Positions 45,618 through 55,712 of a stretch of DNA of 55,712 nt are shown here, in pieces (positions within the stretch are counted from its first letter, which is position 1; every line of letters begins with the position of its first letter). The notes beneath the pieces were generated by a model. It was not told where the DNA came from. It searched no databases and saw only the letters and a list, made by a program, of their open reading frames with translations. Position numbers and translations under genes: made by a program. The stretch is from Craspedostauros australis. Lineage: Eukaryota. The stretch covers positions 1 through 55,712 of the forward strand of contig JALAGF010006362.1 in the NCBI GenBank assembly GCA_030167865.1, in the 5' to 3' direction.

Positions 45618-46079
45618 ATGCTGTGTGACGGAACCTGCAGTTAGAGAATATTCCATCGACAAATTATACATTCAAGTCTCCTGCTGTTTTGAAGCATTGT
45701 GTTGCTGTGGACGATCAGCCCTGCGCAGCACCAGGCACACTCATGCCGGCTCGTTTTCATGAACGTGACTGATTTGAAGTGTTGATTCACGAGTCGGTAT
45801 CAATTTTGTGTTTGGATTGTGGTACCCCAACCGTTGTGTTGCAACAACGAAATGGACGAGAGGCACAAGACGCAGCAACAAACACCAACTCCAACGCTGC
45901 TGGCCATGGACATTGTCGCCGATCTCGGCACCACATCTTACCATCTATTATACGAACGATATCATATCATATCATACCTGCGACCCAGATCCGAGCAGAG
46001 TTGCACCCAGATTAGTATTCTACCATATTATTGTACATAATACAATCGAGAAGCAGGCCACGGCATCCATAGCAGCACC

Positions 46080-49000
46080 ATGGTAAGCATGTCCATGAGC
46101 TTTGCGTGTTGCGTTGTCGGTTGCGTTTTGTCGGCAGCAAAGCCGTACGGTGCTTGAACCACGGAACGCTGATGCGAATAGCAAGGAGAGCGAAGGTTGG
46201 CTTCATTGCTGATCCATCTGCCATGTGAGGCCATGCACTCACTCACTCAATCACTCGTTGCAACACTCTGCACCGCACAGCCCAACATCAAACGGCGCTT
46301 CGCCGATGATGACCCATCCTCCGGAGACGATGATGACGAAGAAGAGGAGGAGCCGCAGTTTTACCGTGGCGGCGGCAAGTCTTTCCGCATGCCTGGTGGC
46401 AAGGCCTTTCGTCCACCGCCTGCGTACGATGATGACGAGGACGATGATGAGGACGACGATGACGACGATGAAGACGACAGCGACGAAGAGGAAGAGGAGG
46501 AAGCCCCGTCGCAGCCAGCCTACCGCATGGGTGGTGGCAAGCAGCTCAGACCGCCAGGAGGCAAGCAGCTGCGTCCACCTCCATCGCAGCAGGATGATGA
46601 TGATGACGATGATGACGACGACGATGATGATGAGGATGACGAGCTGAAGGATGATGAGCCAATCCGCCCGGTGCAGCGCGGCGGAGGCAAGGCGTTGATG
46701 CGCATGCGCGCACCGCAGGAGGACGACGATAGCTCCAGCGGCGACGAAGACGATGATGACGACGAGGAGGAGGAAGAAGAAGAGGAAGAAAAGCCGAAGG
46801 CACCCGTCCAGACCCAGCGCATCGTTTCGCGTGGTGGTGGCAAGTCCCTCATGAGGATGCAGGCTCCGGAGGAAGACGAGGACGACGACGATGATGATGA
46901 CGACGAATCGGAAGAAGAGGAGGAGGAACCACAGCGTCAGGTGGTGCGTCCCGTGGTGCGAGGTGGTGGCAAGGCTCTCTCCCGCATGACGGCGGCACGT
47001 GGCGGTGGCAAGCAACTGCGTCCACCTGCTCGGGACGATGATGAAGACGAAGACAACGATGATGACGACGACGACGATGATGATGACGAGGAGGAAGAGG
47101 AGGAGGAACAAGAAAAGCCACGCCCAGTTCAGGTGGTGCGTCGAGGAGGCGGCAAGTCCTTGATGCGCATGCAGGCACCTTCCGAAGACGAGGAAGAGGA
47201 AGAATCGGACGAAGAGGAGGAGGAAGACGCAAAACCAGCCACTGTCAAGCCATCACCACCTGACACTGTTGGAACGTCCATCACGACTGCAACCACAGCG
47301 CCGCAGAAGCCCGCTGCAGCATCCACAAGCAGCATCAGCACCCAGAAGCCAAAGATCCAGCCATCGCCACAGGGAGGCAAGCAACTACGTCGAGCACCGC
47401 CACCGAAGGATGATGATGACGACGACGACGACGAAGACCTCGAGTTGGACGACGACGAAGAAGAGGAAGAGGAGGGCCCAGATGATGATGACGATGATGA
47501 TGAAGACTTCAACGATGAGATGGATGTCGACTCGGACGATGGAGGCAAGGTTGCGACCAAGGCAACCAAGAAGGCCCCGTGAGTATCTTCATTGTGTGTT
47601 GGAGATTCAAGGGGATTTGCGTCGCTGCGTCGCTGCGTCATTGTGATGCTGTGATGCTGTGATGTTCATTTGAGGTCTGCGTTGCAAGTGCATAGTCGAA
47701 GCAGTCGTTCACTTCACTTTGCTCCAATTCGCGAATGTCACAATCACTTCTCACAGTAATACGTACATCCTCCACTTGTCCTCATTGTGTTCCAACGCAC
47801 CTCCCCCATTCACAAACACAGACCCAAAAAGAAGGCCCCTGCGAAGAAGGCTCCCACACGACGTGCATCGACAAAGGTCGTCGAGTCTGACGCCATGGAA
47901 GAATCTGATGATGACGAAGACGATGATGATGACGACGATGACTTTGATCATGACGATGAGGAGGAAGAAGAGGCTATCGGTGATGCGGATGATGACGACG
48001 ACGATGATGACATGGATGAATCATCTGACGAAGAGATGGAATTGGACATGGACAAGTTTGACACGCAAACGCTTGTCAAAGATGATGAAGACCAAAAGTA
48101 TCTCGATAGTCTCACCGAAGTGGAACGTGAGGCCATCTTGGCGGATCGGTTCGAAAAGCGCAAGGCTGCATGGGATATGAAGAAGGCCTTGAAGGATGCC
48201 AAGTGAGTTGCGAGCGTGTCATGTCATGCAAAGCTGCTCTGCGCTGTGTTGTGCTTCATCGCGTCCATTTCCATGATGTTGTCCCTCTTTGTGCGCCACC
48301 ATAGCATCTCACAGATGCGTGCAAGAACCACAACTTGCGCCCGTGACGACGATGCCACCGACACTTGCCTTGCTGCATATCGCCAACGTTCGCTCACATT
48401 CTTCTTTCCATGCTATCCCATTGCATTCATGTAGGCGAAAACAACGGGAGGAGAAATCCGCCGCTGCCAAGGTTGACAAGAAACGCAAGGCTCCAGCCAG
48501 CAAGAAGGCAGCAGCGCCGGCCAAGCAAAGCGACGAGGCGGCCAAGAAGAAAATCAAGGACGACGAAGAGCTGGCATTGTCGCTGTCAAGCAAGAGAGAA
48601 TCCGGCCGCAACAAGGATGCCACTGGCAAGAAGGCCAGCAAGCTCAAGGCCTTGGCTGCTTTGCGAGAGGAACGCAAGAAGGCTATGGATTCCAAGGATG
48701 ACTCGGAGGACAGTGACTCCGACTTTGGCGGCGACGACGATGATTCTGACGACGAGCTTGATGATGCCAATGCACTCAAGCCATGGCAGAAGCAGCAGAG
48801 TTCCAAATCATCGCAACTCAACAAGCTGCAAACATCCGACGACGAGCTGGATGACGGCGACGACGACGACAGGGGCTTTGACGATGATCACGACTCTGGC
48901 GATCCCAGCCAACCCGATTCGGGCGACGTCGAGGCCGATCTCCTGTCCTACCAGAAGATCACATTGCCGCGACGACGTCTCGGGCGCTGGTGCAACGAGC

Positions 49001-50106
49001 CGTTCTTCAAAGATGCTGTCAACGATTGCTACGTCAAGTTGTTCATCGGCGTCAACGAGGATGGCAAACGCTGCTACCGTCTGTGCAGAATCGTGGATGT
49101 TTCGACCCACCCAGCGACGTACTCCCTGCCACCAGTGAAAGGGCAGAAGCCCATCGCGACCGATAAGATGCTGCGACTGAAGTTCGGAAAGAACGAGAAG
49201 GAATTCCCCATCCGGTTGGTCTCCGATGCCAAGGTGTCGTCGGAGGACATTGGCCAGTTCGTGACGGCCATGAAGGCGGTCCGCCAATCGGTGCTCACCA
49301 AGCGCGAGGCCAATCGAGTTCGGCGCGTGCAGGACCAGCTGGTGAACAACTACGTGTACACCACGCAGGACATCGAACGCAACCTCCGCGAGCGCAAGAA
49401 GAAAGGCAAGACCGTCTCCAATTTGGGAACGGAAAAGACGCGCGTCAGCATCGCCACGCAGGCTGCCCGGGACCGCGTGGAGGACCTGAAGAATCGCATC
49501 GCCGTGGAAGAAACGAAACCGGACTCGCTGGAACTCCCCAATCTGGAGAAGCTCCTGGACAAGGCCGAGAAGGACTTCGAGGAGCGCAAGGAGGAGCAGC
49601 GCCTCGTGGTGGCAAAGATGAAGAACCGCAAGCAGGCGCTGGCCGGGCGCTCCAAGGACCAGAAGTGGGCCAAGGTGAACCAGCGTGCCCGCCAGGCCAA
49701 TCAGCAGGCCGATATGGTCGCGTACAAGGAGAAGGAGGACGAGACTGTCGGCAAGGACGGCGGCAAGCCCAAGTTCAACCCGTACGCTCGCCGAAAGGTG
49801 AAGCCCAAGATCCTGTGGGAGGTCGGTCAGAAGGACAACGCGGGGCAGGAACCAGACGAAGCGAAGAAGGAAGCGGCGGATTCTAAATCCGGCAAGGGCG
49901 CGCCGCAGACGATCACTCCCAATCTGATCCTCGAACACCATGAAAAGGCAGCAGCGCTGAGCCAATCCCACCAGTTCAACATCGAGGATTCGTTGCTGAC
50001 GCTTTCATCTGGGAGCAGCAGCAAGAAGGGCCGGGATGCCAAACGCGCGCGCAAGGGCATCAGCCTGAAGGAGTACTTCGAGCGCAAGGAGGCAGGGACC
50101 TTGTAG
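46080..50106 (+). CDS. RTF1: RTF1 (PAF1 complex, Plus3 domain); exons 46080..46082, 46281..47578, 47822..48202, 48435..50106 (1117 aa)
   Basis: HMD-like 'DDEDQKYLDSLTEVEREAILADR'; Plus3 'ITLPRRRLGRWCNEPFFKDAVNDCYVKLFIG...YRLCRIVDV...LRLKFGKNEKEFPIRLVSD'; 'FNPYARRK'. Three canonical GT-AG introns join the exons in frame (3354 nt). Confidence 0.88.
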
Positions 50107-51503
50107 TGTGGCGTGGCAAAACCCCGCAGTACAACATGGGAGTGCATGATGTGACGCGACGTGACGTGATGTGACAAGGTACATATGGCATACTCTACAT
50201 CGCATCACAAGCATCAGTCCTGCCAGTCTCTCATGTTGTCCACCATAACACTCTACTCGTATCATACCATTCAAATGATACTCAATGGATACACAACATC
50301 AATTTTATTGGACACAATCGAGAACTTGATGAGCTCCTCGTGTGTTGGAACAGCCGCTTGATGGTTGAGTTGGGCAGGTGAAGAGAAATGGAGTATGGTC
50401 GTTCGATGCAGAATAGTTTGCTCGGGTACTGCACTACGATCTAGTGCGCAACAAACAGACCCCCAAAAATTGGCGATATTTGGCTGCAGTTAGTTGGCCA
50501 CAGATTTTGGACCCGTTTGTCCCAATCTCTGACTTGATGCTGTAGACGATCAATCCAACATATCTTCACATCAATGTAAACTCAAGAGCCAGGGCTATCC
50601 AGGCAAGTAATCACATTACCTTGTTGTTGTCACTATCTTGGTGATCTTGACATGTTTGTTGACCCCCTTGGCATGATTTTCACTGCCTGATGACAGACGG
50701 ACCACCTTTTCATTGGATATGTTGGTATACGGTCGAAGGCAAGACAGAGCAGCAAATGAACCCCTGTTCACAGCCTCAGCAGAGACAACAGAGACGAGTC
50801 ATGATAACCTCACATCACACACACACACACACATACACATACACACACACACTACTCGTATCGTCTCCCGATCATCACAGGATATGTTTAGCTACACATA
50901 GGATTCTATGTGCCTGGTAGGATCTTGCCTCTTTCTTCAAGGATTTCGACTCTCCATCTTTGAAGTCTCCGGACTTAACGGTCTTTGGCTCATTCTGCAC
51001 AAGAGATATCATTACAGAGCCCCCTCGTCGAGTTGGTCACAGCCATGTGGTCTACCTATGTATTGTTTGAGTGCGATGGTGTGTTGGTATGCTTGCTTTT
51101 GGTGGTCCCATGGCAGTCGGAGTCATCTTCGGCCAATTCGATCAGCAATCATGGCGGCAAGTTTGGAGAATTCTGGTTCCATTGGTTGCGTCATCATGAC
51201 GTCAGCGAAAGTTGGAACACTTCCCCGGAACAACTGGGGAGGACCAACCACAAGCCAACCGCATTCGTGAATCATGGAGTGCTGCACGGATCGTATCAGT
51301 GCTTGCTGAGCAAGATAGCAGCAGCCACCAAACTTTAAGATGATATATGTCAATGCTATATGATGCCACAATGGCAAAATGAGTACAGGAAGATGCATAT
51401 GAGCGAAGTCCGGAGAGTTTGGCTATGGTTGATGCTGTTATTGCCCTGTTTTGGTTTGGGACTTACGTAGAAAGTGAACCACAATCTACGCAGCTCTGTT
51501 TTG

Positions 51504-53429
51504 TCATCCAAACGTATCCAAAAATCGCCAAAAACGTTGGCAACAGGTATTTGTTGCAGTCGCTAGCCTCGATTCAAGCAAAGCCAAGGTCTTCACATCA
51601 TGGCCTGCCTTCTGTGCACACTTCAATGCCGTATTGCCAGCTTGGTTCCACACAGGAACACATCAATCTCTTCCAACGTCATCAGATACTCGACCACCGT
51701 CACCAGACCAATCTTCACCGCACTGTGAAGGACTGTGTCTCCGCCATTGTTCATCATGTTCACATCCACCGTCACGTTGCTTGATTCAATCAGCAGCTTG
51801 ATCTTCTCCAGACAGAAATGGCCGTAGACGTAGATTTCGCCAATACTTCCGGTATCGCTTCCGGCATCAGTGTCGGCGCAGCAGATGCAATGCAATGGAG
51901 TATCACCATTACAATTCTGAAGTGTTGCATCCACTGAGTCATGTCCCACCAACTGCTGAAGGGTGGACATTTCACTGTCCTTGTTCATGCATGCAAGATG
52001 GAGAAGCGTGTTGCCAGCACGATTCTGGATGTTTGCAATTGGTTTGGCCTCTTCTATCAATCGTTTGGTGATGACTGTATCTCCCACACGATTGTTGAGA
52101 TGGGAGAGATCGCTGAGGTTGGTGGTGGGGATGAGTTGCTGTTGGATGAACTCGAAGAGGTGGGTGAGTCTGGTGGCGTCACCCAACGGAAAGAAAACGC
52201 CTCTGTGGAAGGCGAGGTGCACAGGTGTGTCACCGTCATTGTTCTGGGTGTTGAAGCTGCTGTTGGTCTTCGACGACTGGAGCAGGTAATCAATGGCGTC
52301 GTGTTCCTGATGCTCGCATGCAACATGGAGAGGTGTATTCCCCCACCTGTTTTGAATCTTGAATAATTCATCGATACTCAACTCGCTGTTGCTGTTGTCT
52401 TTGTTGTTGTCATTGTTGGGTTGGTATTCTTCCAGCAACTGCTTCAAGCAAGGTAAGAGGTCAGAGTCACCGTAAAAGCAAAGGCGATGCAATGGTGTGT
52501 CACTGTCATTGTTTTGGGTGCGAATGTGGTTGTCTGTGTCGATTTTGCCGCAATGGACCAGATACGCAATCATATCCTCAGAACCACGCAGGCGTGTGTA
52601 ACAAGCCTGGTGGAGAAGTGTATCACCATCACTGTTGCAAATGTTGAGATTGACATTGTCACTGATATCATCTGATTCCACCAGGTATCGAACGCAGCTG
52701 ATCTCCATCCTCCGACATGCTGCATACAAAGGCGTGTCACCTTTGTTGTTCTGCTTGTTGATGTTGGCAGCGGCATCAACTTGGGGACATTGCACCAGGT
52801 ACTTCAGCACATCGATGTGTCCTTCTTCGCAGGCATGGTGGAGTAAGCTGTTGCCATCGGTATCATCCATGATGAAGTGGATTCGATCAGATTCCATCAA
52901 GTACTCAACAAGATTTCTCTTTCCGCTCCTGCAAGCGAGATGGAGCAATGTCTGCCCTTTGTTGTTTCGGGCATTGACATCCACATCGCTTCGATCAGAT
53001 TGCATGAAGTACTCAATGGTATCTCTGTGTCCACGCTTGGATGCAATGTGAATTGGCGTATTGCCGTCCCAGTCTGGAATGTTGAAATCCACGTGAACGC
53101 GGTCGGATTCCATCAGATACTTCACGATATCCGTGTATCCTTTACAGCAAGCACGATGGATTGCTGTCATTCCAAAGTGATCCTGGAGGTTGACATCCAC
53201 CTTGATTCGATCAGACTCCACCAAGTACTTCACAATGGCCATGTTTCCCTGATGGGAAGCACGATGGAGTGGTGTATCTCTAAGTTCGTGCACAATACCG
53301 CAAAGCGTGCCCTCCTTGCATGATTCGACCAAGGTCTGCACCAATGCCAAGTTGTTCCAATCGCATGCTTTGTACAATCGCACAAGCCATCTGTCATTGG
53401 GGTCATCACTGTTTCCATTCCAGTTTCAT
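51504..53429 (-). pseudogene. Ankyrin-repeat protein gene with apparent frameshifts near both ends (pseudogene or assembly error)
   Basis: More than 10 ankyrin repeats (DTPLHRA, GMTAIHRA, GNTPIHIA, GQTLLHLA...) in ORF 51623..53383. The ORF has no in-frame ATG upstream of the first repeat. A further ankyrin motif 'NQAGNTALKCAQKAGH' continues in another frame from 51650. Confidence 0.6.
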
Positions 53430-54326
53430 TATGATTGCATCGTAGAATAGATAATGTGCCCCAGCGGATTCATTCAGAGTTGGATGGAAGAGAGAGAGAG
53501 GAAGAGAGGGTGGGTTGCGTCGATGTGAGTGTATGGCAAGTAGAAGCAGATGGCAGTGCCATGTGCGCTCAGCCTGTGGGTTCACATGTACGAGTAAAAA
53601 TGCACACAGGTGCGATCAAGAGGCAGGGGAACAAATGGTAATACTGGTTCTCAGACAGGAAGGTCAACATCAAGTCGTTCATGCAAGGGAGGCTACCACC
53701 ATCCCCGCAGCCACGCAGCCACGCAGCTACCACGTATTCATGTGTTGGCACATGTACGCATCCACTTCGGGAGACGCCAGCACAAGGGCAAGTGCGAGTA
53801 CAAGTAGTGCACTCACATGCGCCTGCGCATGCGCCTGCGCGAAAGCCAGTCGCTGTGTGGGTCGAAAGGTCGTGGGAAGGAGGGATCCATGCTGCGTCGA
53901 CGGCGATCCGTACTCGCAACGATCTGCTCTTTGTTGTTGAGTTGAGGCTTGGACAGCTGCGGCTGTGCGATGTACCAATATGGGTATCAGAAAGGTTGAG
54001 TCCTCTCTCCTCGTATGGATGTATTGTACGGTTTTATATGAACTATTGTAGATGCTCTGCCAGGATGAATGGTTTGGACTTGGAGACGGGTCCGGGTGGA
54101 ATCAATGGAAGTGGTTTGTGGTGTGCAGATCTGTTGATGTTGCCACTGTTTGTGTTGTGTTGTGTTCTGCCAGAGATGTGCATGTTTGTGGTTGATCTTC
54201 GTGTTGGTCATTTCCGTGTTTGGATTCCGATTTGTTCGCATACCTCTAGCTTGACTGATACTAGTGTGTTGTCAACGAAGAATGGTTCGAGTTGAAGTTG
54301 ACCGCAGCCAGTCCATGCTGCTCTAA

Positions 54327-54400
54327 CATGACGCGATCAAGCATGACGTCATTCTACGTCATGTCGCATGACAGTGCACATTGAATCCCGCATGACGTAT
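54327..54400. promoter_or_regulatory. Cluster of CATGAC(GT) / CRE-like motifs
   Basis: CATGACGC (54327), CATGACGTCAT (54342), TACGTCATG (54355), CATGAC (54367) and CATGACGTA (54391), lying between divergent genes. Confidence 0.4.
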
Positions 54401-54990
54401 TCCCACCAACCAAAAGGCGCTGCGACTGTGGGAGCAGCTCCGACCGAATTCTCGTTGACACGACCGACATCAACACAACGCAACGCGACGCGCCGTGGAA
54501 GTTTCCTTTTGGGCGGTTTGCATCTGTCCATTCCTGTCCGCACCTGCAACCCGCAGCTCGCACGGTATCTGTCCATACTCACGTCCTGTTGGATCGTTGG
54601 TTGGAGCGAGAGACACAGGGAGCCATCGCTCGTAACATAGCGGAGAGGTATCTCCACATGGAAGTAGCGGAGTCGAGCAGAGCAACAAGAGAGAGAGAGA
54701 GAGAGAGAGACAGAAGGCAGCAAATGGACAAAGTGCATGATTGAGAAGCAAAAACAGAAGGACTTCTTCAGGTGCTGCATGGATTTGCGTATCACGATTC
54801 CGTCTTCGACAGCTGCCGCGTTCGCAATTCTTCTTGTCCTGCTGTGCTGTGCTCTGTTTCAATCTCCATTTCAATCTGCTTCGGCATCACTGCTACTGGT
54901 TCTGGGGTTGGTGGCGCTGTCGGTACTGGTGCTTTTGCTGGTGCTGGTGCTCAGACGATACCAGCAAGCAATAGAGTATTGCAGCCAGGG

Positions 54991-55712
54991 ATGGCTGATG
55001 GCATAGTCTCCCCAACGAAGATGATGCCTTTTGAGGATAACAGCGACAGCTACAGCGGCGGCAATGGCAGCGCGAGCAACATCCTGATCCCCTGCCTCAT
55101 CTCCTTTGCGGCAGGCGCAGCCACGGTCTCGCTGGCCTGGTTCGGTGCGCAGCTGCAGCGCAAAATCCGTCAGGGGATCGAAGAGCAGCTCAGCCACGGA
55201 CAGACGGAGGAGGATGAAGTCACTGCGGAAGTCCTCAGCGATGGCGACAACACCACCTGGTGGATGAAGAGCGTGGATGATATCAAGTCCAGGATCGGAG
55301 AGCTGCCGCGCAGATCGCATTGGCCGTGGGAGACCATACGCAAGAAGGTCAACAGCGTCTTCCAGGGCGTCAACGGGGATGGCGATGCGATGCACGGCAG
55401 CCAATCCACAGCGTCGCTGTCCTCCCTGTCCTCGACGCAGGAACGCGACGATGCCGCACAACCGCAGCGGGACGACGTGCATGCCAAAGACAAATCCAAC
55501 TTCTGCATCGGCAGCATCTTCGGCATGGACGTCGGCGGCACCTTGGCCAAGCTCGTCTACTTTGAGCAGCAGCGTGGTCCCACCGATTACAAATCCATGG
55601 TGCTGTCGGATCGCACGCACCTGTCCACTCGCGAGCGGTCTTACCATCAGGCGGCGTCGGCGCAGGCGGTCCTCCGGGCACGTCGCGGTTCGGCCGACAT
55701 CGTGCCCGACGA
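54991..55712 (+). CDS. Type II (fumble-family) pantothenate kinase, 3' truncated by the window end
   Basis: Frame translated by hand (absent from the ORF track): ATG at 54991 (MADGIVSPTKMMPFED...), open to the window end, with 'IFGMDVGGTLAKLVYFE' at about 55516-55566, the phosphate-1 motif of type II PanK. Confidence 0.82.
   Translation, partial: MADGIVSPTKMMPFEDNSDSYSGGNGSASNILIPCLISFAAGAATVSLAWFGAQLQRKIRQGIEEQLSHGQTEEDEVTAEVLSDGDNTTWWMKSVDDIKSRIGELPRRSHWPWETIRKKVNSVFQGVNGDGDAMHGSQSTASLSSLSSTQERDDAAQPQRDDVHAKDKSNFCIGSIFGMDVGGTLAKLVYFEQQRGPTDYKSMVLSDRTHLSTRERSYHQAASAQAVLRARRGSADIVPD

Noticed and set aside
46197..50106. Three separate ORFs (461, 139 and 605 aa)
   Set aside because: Canonical splice sites join them in frame into one RTF1 gene.
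54871..55647. 258-aa minus-strand ORF
   Set aside because: Antisense shadow of the pantothenate kinase frame.

Overview
Eukaryotic nuclear DNA, almost certainly from a diatom or close stramenopile. The evidence is GT-AG introns of about 200-290 nt, several bipartite signal-peptide plus ASAFAP-type plastid presequences, and diatom-expanded families (helicase-associated HA-domain protein, HMG box, AAA/TPR multi-kinase-like fragment, PT-repeat mucin). About 17 protein-coding loci are supported: a partial TPR/AAA sensor-like gene, an HA-domain protein, a small plastid protein, plastid RsmA/KsgA, a PLP class V enzyme, an ECM29-like/Ariadne RBR ligase, a ~1800-aa secreted PT-repeat protein, WDR33/Pfs2 with a KH domain, a NIPA-like transporter, a U-box-like/treble-clef protein, an HMG-box factor, an atypical SDR, a type II membrane GT-like protein, a thylakoid FKBP, a 4-exon RTF1, a frameshifted ankyrin gene and a partial type II pantothenate kinase. 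The most striking observation is the RTF1 N-terminus, which carries 11 GGK motifs resembling the histone H3 tail, set among poly-acidic tracts. Other notable items are apparent domain fusions (WDR33-KH, ECM29-RBR, PDZ-like-FKBP) and an SDR with HxxxR in place of catalytic YxxxK. No tRNA, rRNA, CRISPR array or intact mobile element was recognised. All family calls come from reading motifs by eye; no database searches were run.
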